NCBI GenBank assembly: GCA_964016885.1
Contig: OZ024743.1
Location: forward strand, 317,378,001 to 317,442,000
Length of the DNA: 64,000 nucleotides
DNA from: Eledone cirrhosa
Lineage: Eukaryota
Direction of reading: 5' to 3'
How positions within the stretch are numbered: the stretch's first letter is position 1; the number at the start of each line of letters is the position of its first letter. Below, piece after piece: positions 51,361 to 64,000 of this stretch. The notes under the pieces are model-generated. The model was not told where the DNA came from. It made no database searches and was given only the letters and a program-made list of their open reading frames with translations. A program made the position numbers and the translations under genes.

Positions 51361-52180
51361 CTGAAGAAAAAAAAGAAAAAGAAAAAGAAAAAAATTTGGG
51401 CAAATTGTATAATAATAATATTCACTCCACAGAATTTCTTTGATAAATTTTATTTTCTTCAACCCTTTTGATACCAAACCACCTTGGGCTCTGTGATACT
51501 AAGCTATTTGTTTCAAAGTGTTTATATTTATCTTAAAACTTTTCATCGTAATTTAAAGAGTTTATATTTATCTTAAAACCTTCCATCATAGCAGATTGGC
51601 AGAATTGGTAGAGCTTTGGACAAAATGCTTTGAGGCATTTAGTTACAGCCCTTTACATCTGAGTTCAAATCCCACCAAGGTTAGCTTTACCTTTCATCTT
51701 TATGGTGTCAACAAAATGAAGTACCAGTAAAGTACTGGGGCCAATATACTGTATTTGTCAGCCTATCGGACACACTTTAAAAAAGAAAAAAAAAATAGAA
51801 AAATCTACCCTGCGTCCAATACAGCTTGGCAGACATGGGCAACATTATTGGTCTTTCCAAACAAAAAAATAAATAAATAAAACTTACCCAGGACTGGACC
51901 TTGTAAAAAAACTCTCTCAAGATACAGATACACAATACAGAATTGTTAATAGCATTATCAGCAGTAATTATAAGGCAGTGGATTAGCAAAATTGGTAGAG
52001 CATTGGACAAAATGCTTAATGGCATTTAGTTATGGATCTTTAAATTCTGAGTTCAAATACCACTGAGGTTATCGTTGCCTTTCATTCTTCTGGGGTTGAT
52101 AAGAATAAAGTACAAGTCAAGTAATGGGGGTCAAGTTAATCAACAAACCAATGCTAGAAAGAATTATTGTCAGTAGTTAC

Positions 52181-52282
52181 CTTTAAAGAAGACAGGCTGA
52201 GTACATTTTCCTTGCAAGAAACACAGCCATTGGATTTCGTCCATCCATCTCCAAGATAATTAGCAATACGATTGAATTCCTC
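52181..52282 (-). CDS. PLOD: PLOD exon
   Basis: EEFNRIANYLGDGWTKSNGCVSCKENVLSLSSLK; conserved NY..W...GC..C. Confidence 0.93.
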
Positions 52283-52387
52283 CTAAATATTGGCAGAATA
52301 ATAAAATATAATACACCATATACATTTGTGTGTGTGTATATATATATATACAATTTCCATATTAAATTTGATATATATATATATATA

Positions 52388-52970
52388 TGTACTCAGTAAT
52401 AGAGAAGACCCGCCTTGCCTAAATACAAAGTAAACCTACTACAGTCAGTAGGCATCTCTAACAAAATACGCCCCCGTCACACCACCCCCACCCCATCCAC
52501 ACCGCCCCTTTCAATGTAAAGTTACGTTGGTGCCACAACATCCAGGCCGAAACAAATGAGATCGTGTAAGTGTCACGACAAAAACACACACAGTCCACGC
52601 TGTAATGTGGCCGTGTAGGCAACACGGTAAAAACCTCCCAGTCCCACACTGTAAATGTGGTTGGTGTTAGGAAGGGCATCCAGCCGTAGAAAACCCACCA
52701 GACAGTCCTATGCGAGCAAGACAACCACTCTTGCCTCAAGTGGGAAAACTCCCGTCCAAACCCATGTAAGCGTGGAACATGGACGTTAAACGATGATGAT
52801 GATGATATATCATCATCATTTTACGTCCGCTTTTCCCTGCTTGCAAGGGTGGGACGGGAACTGATTCTGGCTTGATTTCTACAGCTGGATGCCCTTCCTA
52901 ACACCAACCTCATTTACAGTGAGTGCTGGGTGCTTTTTTGCCGTGGCGCCTACACGTCCACTTTACAGTG
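52388..52970. mobile_element. Two RTE 3' ends tail-to-tail
   Basis: + copy 52388-52806 (like 60340-60780) and - copy 52810-52970 (like 4985-5200). Confidence 0.85.
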
Positions 52971-53169
52971 GAATGATAGGGACCTCAGTCCCTATCATCT
53001 CAATTCTATAGCTGAGTAAACTGGAGCAATGTGAAATAAAGTGTCTTGCTCAAGGAAACAACACATCACCCAGTATGAGAATTGAACTCACAACCTTTCG
53101 ATTGCAAGGCCAATGCTCTAACCACTAAGCGATGTACCTCCATTATATATATATATATATATAGTATAT

Positions 53170-54243
53170 AAGCTCTCAGTCGAAGAGAGGTAGTCACGGT
53201 TCTGGGACAGCATTCCTCACCATATGAGATGTCATCTGGTGTACCTCAGGGATCTGTTCTTGGCCCCCTTTTGTTTGTGGCATATATTAATGACATAGAT
53301 GCCAACTTAAGGAATGCCACAGTACTAAAGTACGCAGACGACATCAAGCTGTACCTTGAGATAAAAAGGACAGATCCTGAACACTATAGATCTTGCTTGC
53401 AGTCTGACCTGGACACAATGCAACAGTGGATCTCAGACTGGCAACTCAAGCTAGCTGTGGACAAGTGCACCACCATGCATTTTGGGAGTAAAAACCCAGC
53501 GTCCACATATTCCCTCCACAGCACTAATATCAAGAAGTCTTCCTGTGAACGTGACCTGGGCATTACGGTCAGCAGCGATTTGCGTTGGACGAGGCACGTC
53601 TCTAAAATTGTCAAGAGGGCCGAGGGTGTCTTAGCATCACTCAGCAAGACCTTTGTCAGCCGCTCTCCAGATATCTATTTAAGGCTGTATACAGCTATGG
53701 TGCGACCACACTTAGAATTTGCATCACCAGTCTGGAACCCCTATCTTGCTCAGGACATTGACCGCCTGGAAACTGTTCAGAGACGTGCAACCAAGCGAAT
53801 ACCCTCCATCAGGCATCTACCATACTCTGGGGCATGGATTCATTGAAGCTCCGACGCCTGGCAACTGACTTGGTAAACACCCACAAAATTGTTAACCATG
53901 TTGCCAACAACAACCCTGAGTGCCTTTTCGATTTCCATGTGTCTAACACACGTGGACATGCCCACAAAGTAAGAAAACAGCACAGTTCCCATGACTTTCG
54001 GAAACATTTTTTCACGCTCAGAGTTGCTGAAGCATGGAACAAACTACCTGCATCAGTTGTTAGCTGTCGAGACGCTGCATCCTTTAAGGCCTCCATGCTT
54101 CCCGAGATCCGCCAACACTACAGCTAACACATACAAACATGTACTTCCCTGGCATTTGTGTATTATTCTATGTACTATATTGACGAGTTGTAGTGCACCT
54201 GAGCACTTTACACAATAATTTCATTATTATTATTATTATTATT
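53170..54243 (+). mobile_element. 5'-truncated, well-preserved CR1-group LINE
   Basis: SGVPQGSVLGPLLF, YADDIKLY, ERDLGI, VRPHLEFASPVWNP, TRGH, FFTLRVAEAWNKLP; one frameshift near 53830; (ATT)n tail. Confidence 0.92.
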
Positions 54244-55009
54244 AAATATGAGTAAAAAAAAAAAAAATTCAATGGTAAAGGGGGGGAGGGGCATATATTT
54301 ATGGTCAATATTTTGCTGATTTTTACCAACTTCAATATTCTGTGTATATGAGGTGCTATCATATTTTCACTTTGGAGGTGAAGATTACACTGGTTTCACT
54401 TTTGATGTGAAATTCATATTTCCTATTGTATTTTATGTATTTCGAATGAATATGGCCTTTAAAATGGTTGCAAATTGGTAAAAAATCATTATGTAATGGA
54501 GTTGTGAAACAAACTATACTCTAAATGATGCTTAAAACATTTTAAATATTAAAATATTAAAAGTTCATCAATATATTCTCCACTCATGAGAATTTCAAAA
54601 CTGCACCATAATGTGTTGATTAGCTGCCTCAGCTTATAAACAGAGTTGGGATTTTATTTCTCAGATATAAAATGAAGGCGGGGAGGTTATATTTGAATCA
54701 ATTTATATTCCAGTATATATGGCAATTTGTGATGATATTTGGCAATAGGGAAAAAAACCTGAACATATCAACATGCAATACAAAGACAATCCCATCATCA
54801 TACCTACACCACATCCTCATCACCATCACCATGTACCTTAAGTACCATTGTCACATTATAGACATCACTACAAACATACCACACATACACCACACAACCA
54901 ACCAGCCAGCCACTACCTCCAACCAGATAACCAACCAACCAACCAGCCAACCAATCACCCCCCACCAAAAACAAGGACAAACAAATAAGATTCTTATTCT
55001 TCACATTAC

Positions 55010-55107
55010 CTTGATAGGTCCATTGCCATGAATAATAGATGGTGTTTGTCTAGTTTTTACATTATACAGAAAACTACGAGATCCTTTAAATTTCAACATT
55101 ATCTCAC
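55010..55107 (-). CDS. PLOD: PLOD exon
   Basis: GEIMLKFKGSRSFLYNVKTRQTPSIIHGNGPIK; HGNG motif of the glycosyltransferase domain. Confidence 0.95.
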
Positions 55108-55943
55108 CTGCAACAATAAAAAGAAAAATATGTTATTTCAGAACTTCTATGATTTATTCAGGGATGCAGCCAGGACCAGATTTAGACCTTGGTGGGGCCT
55201 GGGCAGTTCAAGTTTGGTGGGCCCCCTCATATAACCCCCCCCCCCCCCCCTGTTTGTTTCAAAGTGTTAAACACTTCCATTATGATTTTAAGAATTGTTT
55301 CACAAACGAAAAGGAAAAAGTTATTTTACTAAATTCCTCAAAATTCTTGAAAATCATAGGCAGTCTCTTTTATTTGAAATATGATAATGAAGGGGTTAAA
55401 CCAATCTTTATAGTAAGACAATATATGTTTATCCTCATCATTCTCCTGTAACTGGTGCAGGTAGTCATTAGGGTGCCATTATATACGTTCTGGCAGTCAA
55501 CATTTACAACTGCAAAAAGAGTTGTAATTTGAGACCAGTACAGTCATTGATGTCATTGGACCAAGATTTTCACCAACACAAAATGACTATAGAATTATTT
55601 ACTACTATTTAATTTCAAATATTATTGTCAGTTTAGGCTTGAAAATAAATAAGTACTAGGATAGATATGATCAACTAAACCCTAGCATAGCCACAGTCAT
55701 GTGACTGAGTACTCAGCTGGATCTGATCAACTAAACTCTTATCAAGCTGGTGTTCTAGCATGGCCTCAGTCATATGATTGATTACTAGGCTGGATATGAT
55801 CAACTAAACCCTCATCAAGGTGATGCCCCAGCATGGCCACAGTCTTATGACTGAGCACTAGGTAAACCCCAGCATGACCAGTCATATGACTGAAACAAGT
55901 GAAAGAATCAATAACTGAAATACAGAATAGTAAATATATTTAC

Positions 55944-56007
55944 CAAGGGCTCCATGTAAGTTTTGGAATATTGTTGATTTTGTGTCCAATTTAACGTCCC
56001 ACCTTTT
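55944..56007 (-). CDS. PLOD: PLOD exon
   Basis: KRWDVKLDTKSTIFQNLHGAL; AG/GT ends. Confidence 0.94.
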
Positions 56008-56060
56008 CTGTGATAAAGAATAAAAAAGATCAACTGTATTATCAGAGACCATAGTAAATA

Positions 56061-56240
56061 CAGGGTGTCCCTAAAGTCTGGATGTAAATGTGGACTTAAT
56101 GCATTGGGTGAATCTTGGAAAGCACATCAAACTTTGCATCACAAATGAAAATGTTATTAATATTTTAATTAAATAAAATGGTGAATTTTTTTAATTGAAA
56201 ATATGCATTTTGTCCGAGTCCAGACTTTAGGGAGATCCTG
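56061..56240. mobile_element. Tc1/mariner MITE
   Basis: TA|cagggtgtccctaaagtctgga ... tccagactttagggagatcctg|TA. Confidence 0.85.
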
Positions 56241-57416
56241 TATAACATGTAAATATTATAATATATGTGGATTGGCAGTATCGATAGAGGGTCGGAAGCC
56301 ATGCTTTGCAGCAAGGAGTTACGGCTCTTTATGGTCTGAGTTCAAATCCCGCCAAGATTAACTTTGCCTTTCATCTTTACGAGGTCGATAAAATAAAGTA
56401 CCAGTAATGTATTGGGTTAATTGCTGGCCTTGTGCCAAAAATAGAAACAATTATAATATATGTACAAATAAAGCATCAGTAATGCACTGGGATAATTGCT
56501 GCTCTTATGTCAAAAGTAGAAACAATTACAATATATGTACAGAACAATGATTTCATTAAAACCAATATAATTATACAATGTCCTTTTTTATAAAATAAAA
56601 TAAATGATTAAATGCAGTCATTGCACAGATTTTTACTTTTCAAAAATGTCTTGGTAATGTGGTTTCATGTGGTACAGAGTTAAATAAAAGAAATTTTCTT
56701 TTTGTTGTATTAGTATTGATAAGATATTGGGTTGATGGTGCATGGTCTAGTGGTTTCACAATCATGAGGTTGCGAGTTCGATTCCTGGCCCAAATGATGC
56801 ATTATGTCCTTGAGTAAGACACTTTATTTCACGTTGCTCTTTCTGCCAGAAGTTGCAACTGGTAGATAGTATCACCAATTTATATGGTTCAATTTGAAGA
56901 GTTCCACCTCACTCGGTAAGCGAATAAGATCTGGGAACTTATTGATCAAAGGTATTGAACGAGTAACTGTAGGCTTGCTGGTTTATATGTATTCACTGGC
57001 ATAGAGATGATATTTTGTGTTTCTGAGTATGGATAAACTATCAAAATCTTAGTAGCAATAAATATTTGATGAGTAAGTACTGTATAACAAAGGTAAGCTC
57101 CTAGAAAGTTGAAACTGTAGCCAGTTTTGATACTGTAGAACAAAGGTAAGGTCCTAGAATTTTTTTTATTGACCTCAAAAGGATGAAAGGCAAAGTTGGC
57201 CTTAGTGGCATTTGAATTCAGAGAGCTGGAACAAATACCATAAAGTATTCTATCCGACACTCTAAAGACTCAGCCAATTTGCTGCCATAAATATAGATAG
57301 ATATATACATATATATTTACACATAATTCTTAATTGAGGAATATTTTAGTGTAATAAAGCATTCTATCCTACATTCTAACGACTCTGTCAATTTACTGCT
57401 ATATATATATACTTAC

Positions 57417-57529
57417 ACGCAATTCCTTATTAAGGAAAATTTTAGTATAGTAAAGTTGGTCATCATCTTTATTTCCAACAGGTTTGTAGGAGAGAATTTC
57501 ATAGATATCCTTGGCAACACCAATGAAAC
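57417..57529 (-). CDS. PLOD: PLOD exon
   Basis: GFIGVAKDIYEILSYKPVGNKDDDQLYYTKIFLNKELR; poly-Asp DDDQLYY motif. Confidence 0.96.
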
Positions 57530-57804
57530 CTTCAATAGACACAAAGAATAAAGTTAATTTTGCAACAGTTTCAGTAATTGACAGACAATTTTTACTTCTC
57601 ATTTTCAATCAGTTATTCATACTTTGGTATCAATAAAATTAAACTAAAAAAATAAAAAATAAGATAAATAAACCTTATTTCTATCCCACAAAAGTCTAGT
57701 TGTAGTTCAATAAAGTTGAAAGATATGATATAGCTAATTGATGCACTAACAATAACTGAACACCCACTCATTCCATTGATCTGTAGTAACACCACCACCC
57801 CACT

Positions 57805-58262
57805 GCCATGGTTCAATGATACCAAACCAACTGAGCCACCCATGGTTCTATGATATCAAACCACCTGAACAACCTATGGTTCTATAAAACTAAACCACCA
57901 CTCTACAGCCATGGTTCTATAATACCAAACCACCTGAATAACCCAAGGTTCTATGATACTAAACCACCTGAATAACCTATGGTTCTATGATACCAAACCA
58001 CCTGAACCATACATGGTTCTAGGATCCCAAACTACTTGAACCATACATGGTTTTATGATAACAAACCTCTGAACCATCCATGGTTCTATGAAACTAAATC
58101 ACCTCACTGCCATAGTTCTATGATATTAAACCATCTAACCTCCCATGGTTCTACGATACTAAACCATCTGAATCACACATAGTTTATGATACAAAGCCAT
58201 CTGAACCACACATGGTTCTATGATACCTAACCATCTGAACCACCCATGGTTTATGATACTAA
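57805..58262. repeat. Diverged ~33-35 bp tandem array from a TTAA MITE end
   Basis: catggttctatgataccaaaccacctgaac repeated, continuing into MITE body sequence. Confidence 0.75.
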
Positions 58263-58577
58263 GCGGTTTATTTTTAAATGTTTATATTTATCTAAAAACC
58301 ATCAATTATAATTTTGTGTAAAAATCTTTGCAAAGTTTTGTCCACCACTACCAAAAAAAAACAACAACAAAACTTAACAGTGGAAAAGTTAGTCAAATTA
58401 CTAAATATCTCCATATTCTTGATTATTTTCAAAATAAATTGAAAATCATAGCCAGGTGGTGCTATTAAGTTAGACATGACCTGGGCCAATACTGGCCGAA
58501 AGTTATCAAAGTTAAGTGTGTTTTGTTAGAAATATGATAATGAAAGGGTTAATGACATAGGCAGTGTGTTTTATTAT

Positions 58578-60752
58578 AACGATGATGGCATACTTGCCAT
58601 CACCGACACTGATAAGAAAGTAGCTTGGAAGTGTCACTATGAAAGGCTACTAAATGAGGAGAATAAATGGGAGAAAGACAGTCTCCCCCATATCGACCCA
58701 ATAGAGGGACCAGCAGTGTTAGTCGAGGGGAGTATAATAAGTAAGGCAATCAAGGATATGAAGACGGGTAAGGCGGCTGGGCCTTCGGAAATAGTTGCTG
58801 AGATGCTGAAGGCATCTGGCACGGTGGGACACACCATGGTCACCCGGATAGTTAACCAAGTCGTACAGAATGGGGTTGTTCCGAAGGACTGGCATAGCAG
58901 CATCATCGTTAACTGTTATAAGGGTAAAGGAGACGCCCTAGATAGGAGTAACTATAGAGGCATTAAATTAATCGACCAGGTCATGAAGGTCACGGAAAAA
59001 GTAATAGCGCAACTAATCAGAGAGAGAATTGACCTAGATGAAATGCAGTTCGGGTTTGTGTCAGGCAAAAGCACCACAGACGCTCTTTTCATAGTACGAC
59101 AACTACAGGAGAAGTACCTAGCTAAAGGTAAACCCCTCTACTTAGCTTTTGTCGACCTGGAGAAAGCCTTCGACAGAGTCCCCCGCTCCATTATCTGGTG
59201 GGCTCTTAGAAAACTAGGCGTTGACGAATGGCTTGTGAGGGCTTTACAAGCCATGTATAAAGAAACAGTCAGCAAGGTTAGAATTAACAACGAATATAGT
59301 GAAGAGTTTAGCGTAAAAGTTGGCGTCCATCAGGGCTCTGTTCTCAGCCCCCTACTATTTATTATTGCCCTTCAGGCTATAACAGAGGAGTTCAAGACAG
59401 GCTGCCCGTGGGAACTCCTATACGCAGACGACCTGACACTCAGCGGAATCAATGGCCGAGCTAGAGAAGAAATTCCAAACATGGAAGCACAGCCTAGAGT
59501 CAAAAGGACTTAAAATTAACCTGGCTAAGACCAAAGTTCTAGTTTGTAGGAAAGAAAACAAGGCGGCGGTCCCTTCTGGGAAATGGTCGTGCTCGGTGTG
59601 TAGGAAAGGCGTAGGTAGAAACTCCATTTTATGTCCTAAATGCAAAGTATGGGTGCATAAAAAATGTAGTGGGATCACAGGTAAGCTAACTAAGAACATA
59701 GATTTTACATGTGGCCGGTGTTCTGGTGCAATAAGTAGCAGCAAGTGCCCACAAAATACTAGCTCTTTCAATTGCGCAGAGGGTTCTATAGAAATAGTGG
59801 ACAGCTTCCGTTACCTGGGCGATAAAATCAGCAGTGGGGGAGGGTGCTCTGAAAGTACTGTAGCTAGAGTCAGAACTGGTTGGAAAAAGTTCAGAGAGCT
59901 TATACCACTATTAGCTGCTAAAGGGTTCTCCCTAAAAATGAAAGGCAGGTTGTACGATGCCTGCATACGAACAGCAATGTTGCATGGCAGTGAGACCTGG
60001 GCATTGTGTGCAGAGGATATACGCAGACTAGAGAGGAACGAAGCTTGCATGCTCCGCTGGATGTGTAACAGTAATATACGTGAACGGCAAAGCATAAACG
60101 AACTAAGGAAAAAATTAGAGATAAGAGGGATCAGATGTTGTTTACTCGAGAGAAGGCTACGTTGGTATGGACACGTGATGCGCATGAAAGTCAATAGCTG
60201 TATAACAAAGTGCAGGGCAATAAAGATAGACGGTAGCCACGGAATAGGCAGACCTAGAAAAACCTGAGACGAGCTGATAAACTCCGACCTCACACACTTA
60301 CACCTCTCCAAGACAATGTCACTGGACCGAGACCTTTGGCGGTACTCAGTAATAGAGAAGACCCGCCTTACCTAAATATATAGTAAAACCTACTCCAGCC
60401 AGTAGGCATCTCTAACAAAATACACCCCGTCCCACCACCCCCACCCCCACCCCATCCACACCACCCCGTTCTATGTAAAGTTATGTTGGTGCCGCGCCAT
60501 CGAGGCCGAAACAAATGAGATCGTGTAGGTGTCACGACAAAAAAACACACAGTCCACGCTGTAATGTGGCCGTGTAGGCAACACGGTAAAAACCTCCCAG
60601 AGCCACACTGTAAATGTGGTTGGTGTTAGGAAGGGCATCCAACTGTAGAAAACCTGCCAGACAGTCCTATGCGAGCAAGACAATCACTCTTGCCTCAAGT
60701 GGGACTACCCCCGTCCAAACCCATGCAAGCGTGGAACACGGACGTTAAACGT

Positions 60753-60780
<28 letters not shown>
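58578..60780 (+). mobile_element. 5'-truncated, well-preserved RTE LINE, antisense in a PLOD intron
   Basis: RT motifs to YADD, one frameshift near 59441, PHD-like finger, RRLRWYGHV, TGA in place of W at 60265, 3' UTR and (GAT)n tail. Confidence 0.96.
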
Positions 60781-60783
<3 letters not shown>

Positions 60784-60982
60784 AGGGTTAATGACATAGA
60801 CAGTGTCTTTCATTAGAAATATGGTAATGAAAGGGTTAATGATATAGGCAGTGTCTTTCATTAGAAATATGGTAATGAAAGGGTTCATGACATAGGCAGT
60901 GTCTTTCATTAGAAATATGGTAATGAAAGGGTTCATGACATAGGCAGTGTCTTTCATTAGAAATATGGTAATGAAAGGGTTA
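60779..60982. repeat. 51-bp tandem repeat (4 copies) of a TTAA MITE terminus
   Basis: atgaaagggttaatgacataggcagtgtctttcattagaaatatggta repeated. Confidence 0.9.
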
Positions 60983-60988
60983 ACATAC

Positions 60989-61040
60989 CTCCAGAATTTA
61001 AGAAGCGTTTCTCAACTCCAGTGACAACAGGGTATTGTTT
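60989..61040 (-). CDS. PLOD: PLOD exon
   Basis: KQYPVVTGVEKRFLNSG; FLNSGGFIG motif completed by the next exon. Confidence 0.95.
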
Positions 61041-61744
61041 CTGTAAGAGAAATAAGATTTCATATAGAAAGGCAATGGTATGGTCAAGATAGCAGTGGTA
61101 TGGTCAACATGGCTGTAGTATGGCCAACAAGGCTGTAGTAGGGTCAACAAGGCCGTAGTAGGGTCAACAATGCCATGGTATGGCCAACATGGCTATAGTG
61201 TGGTCAATATGACAGTAGTATTGTCAACAAGGCTGTAGTATGGTCAACACAGTTCCGAGGTTGTTTTTGGCTTCATTACTATGGCTGGATGTCTTTCTTA
61301 ATGCCAACCACTTTACAGTGAGACTGGGAGCATTTTTCATGGTACCAGCACTACTAGCTTACAGGGTGCTTTTTGTTGTGACATCAGAACTACCACCTTG
61401 CAAGGTGTCCTCTGTGCTTTTTGTTGTAGCATCAGATACGACCAAGGAAATTATGTTTTCATTAGTCTTTCTATTGCTAACTGTATCATCCAATTACAAC
61501 TCATGATAGAAACAGCACCTTTTTTTCCAATGACAGGAGGTGGAATTTGACCTCAGAATGCAGAGCTCTCATAGATACCACAAAGCATAATAATTCCACA
61601 AATTCACACCTTGGATTTGTACTTTATTTATCAAAAAAGCTAAAGGCAAAGTTGACCTCGGTGGGGTTTGAACTCAGAACAAATATTGAGACATTTAATG
61701 AGAACAAAAATAATAATAAAAAAATTCCAACTCATGGTACTTAC

Positions 61745-61859
61745 TGCTAGGGTGTGGTCGGGCCAACAGTAACCTTCAGCAGAGAATACAACACGAGCTC
61801 CAATTTTCTTATATTTACTAAGAATATCATTTGAACCATTTGCGAAGACAACATCATAG
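61745..61859 (-). CDS. PLOD: PLOD exon (most 5' exon visible)
   Basis: (S)YDVVFANGSNDILSKYKKIGARVVFSAEGYCWPDHTLA; FSAE..CWPD motif. Confidence 0.96.
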
Positions 61860-63139
61860 CTACAACACAAAACAAAATACTATTAAATTATTTGCAAATA
61901 ATTTTCTTTATTTCACTCATATTTCTAACCCATTTGATACTAATCCTCCCCAAACCGCCTCTGGTTCTATGAAACTAGATATCTACGTTAACCCTTTCGT
62001 TAAAGTATTTCTAATTAAATACCTTCTATATGATGATTAATTCATTAATGAGGAATCTTGAAAGAAGAACTAAAATTATTAATTATTTCATTATGAAGAT
62101 AGACTAAACATATGGTTCTTATACCAAATTATGTTGGAAAATTTAAATAGGAACCCTTTAAACTGGGTGGTATTGTTTCTTAGAACCAGAGCTGGTTTTG
62201 ATCAGGTTGGTATCAAAAGGGTTAATGAAGAATTTTGAAGGATTTACTAAAATTATTATTTACTTCATTACAAAGAGAACAACTGGTTCTTATATAAAAT
62301 TATGTTGGAAGATATTAATTTAAATAGAAGCCCTTTAAAATTAATGGTTTTATTTCATAAAACCAGAGCCAGTTTTGGCTGGATTGATATCAAAAGGGTT
62401 AAAAAGTCCCTATTTAAATTAAAACCTAAAATAATTTTATGTAGGGATCGTGATGATGAAGTATCATCATCATCATTTAATGTCCGCTTTCCCTGCTAGC
62501 AAAGGTTGAACGAGTCTACCTGGAGGGGTGGGGAGGGGTCTGCAGCTTTCTTACGTATGGTCTTATGTTCTATCAAGTGCACAGAAGAGGTTTGTCATGT
62601 CTTTGACATAATTGAAGGATCCTCCACTAACTGACTCAAATCTGAATCTTACTTTTTGATATACTATATTATCATCATTATCACCACCATCATCACTTTT
62701 ACGTCTGTTTTTCCATGCTACTGATACCATGTAACCCAGTACAACATGTTTCATGACTGTGGTCAGCAACTAAACTTGCTCCCACACCAGATCCTGGTCT
62801 GGTCAGGTTAGGCTCCTGCTTGCTACTGGTACCATGTAACCCAGTACAATGTGCTTCGTGGTCAAATGGTTGGTGACTAAACCAGCTTCTCAACAAGACC
62901 ATAGTCTGGTGAGGGACTAAATGGAACCCCAGCAGCAGAAAAAACAGGAGTTATTAAAAAGGTGGATGGATTCCTCAGTGTCAATGGTCATCCTCCCCAA
63001 CTATGAGTTAAATAGCCACACCAACCCACATGGGTTGGATGGGTCATCACAGTTGGAGATTTGGCAAATTGGAGAACCAAATGTTGTCCATTCATTCCAT
63101 ATTTGAGAAGGGTTTCTATAGCTGGTTGTCTTTCATAAT

Positions 63140-63592
63140 GTCAACCACTTTACAGAGTGTATTGGGTGCATTTTATTGCATTCCCAGTATTACCACTTTG
63201 CACAGTGTAGTGGGTGCATTTTATCATGGCACAAAAACTGCCACTTTGTAGAATGTACTGAGTGCATTCTATCATGGCACCAACACTGCCACTTTGCAGA
63301 GTGTAGTGGGTGTTTATTATCACGGCACCAACACTGCCACTTTGCACAGTGTAGTGGGTGCATTTTATCACGGCACCAACACTGCCACTTTGCAGAGTGC
63401 ACTGGGTGCATTCTATCGCAGCTCCAGCACCACCACCACCACTTTGCAGAGTGTACTGGGTGCATTCTATCACAGATCCAGCACCACCACCACTTTGCAG
63501 AGTGTACTGGGTGCATTCTATCACAGCTCCTGCACCAGCACCACTTTGCAGAGTGTACTGGGTGCATTTTATTGTCTGATGATGATGATGAG
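63140..63592 (-). repeat. 48-57 bp tandem array of an RTE 3'-UTR motif
   Basis: ccactttgcagagtgtactgggtgcattctatc.. repeated ~9 times; reverse complement of the gcacccagtacactctgtaaagtgg motif. Confidence 0.8.
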
Positions 63593-64000
63593 GACAGAAT
63601 ACATACAAAAAACCACACACCATACACCTAAGAATGTGTAAAGAGAGAAAGAAAAGATAAGAGAGAGATATGATAAGAGGCATAACTAGAGTATGGCAGG
63701 CGTGGCATGTGCCATGGGTGTCACTTGAGAGAGGGGAGGCTCCACTTAGACTAGGAGTACTTTCTATTAAAGTAAGATAAGCTATCATCAAAGAATGAAA
63801 ATAAAATAAACTTCTTCAGATGTATGATCTGTCTTTGATTATCATAGGTGAGAAGTACTATGGTGGCTGGATCATTAAACCATATATATAAATTATGTTT
63901 GAGCAGGGACACAATTTCATTGCTTGCCACAGACTCTATTTTCCCTAGTTATGACTCAGGGGCGATATAATAAAAGAGAGAGAAAGAGAGAGGAGTGGGT

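Noticed and set aside
59811-60311. Antisense ORFs over LINE RT regions (also 3871-5065 and 53384-54096)
   Set aside because: Shadow frames of the retroelement ORFs
63150-63791. Cys/His-rich repetitive ORFs resembling metal-binding proteins
   Set aside because: Open in several frames because they translate a 3n-length tandem array of an RTE UTR motif

Overview
AT-rich, repeat-dense eukaryotic (animal) DNA; the repeat content (RTE LINEs with (GAT)n tails, tRNA-derived SINEs, TA microsatellites) suggests an octopus/cephalopod, which is an inference. Two convergent spliced genes are present: the last two coding exons of a ZDHHC3/7-type palmitoyltransferase (+, 14532-15636) and 17 exons of a procollagen lysyl hydroxylase/glycosyltransferase PLOD (-, 61859 to stop at 36045; the 5' exons lie beyond the window). 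All PLOD exons have GT-AG ends and compatible phases. The rest is RTE and CR1-type LINEs, SINEs, hAT/Tc1/piggyBac-type MITEs, two small Helitrons and many minisatellites. The most notable signal is a set of short non-coding fold-back elements, mostly next to (TA)n tracts, carrying minimal type-I hammerhead ribozyme motifs of the Penelope-like-element kind. One family shows compensatory stem changes between copies. Other elements are palindromes folded exactly at hammerhead stem II, or are putative U3-A8 core variants. Coordinates were counted by hand; repeat boundaries are approximate.
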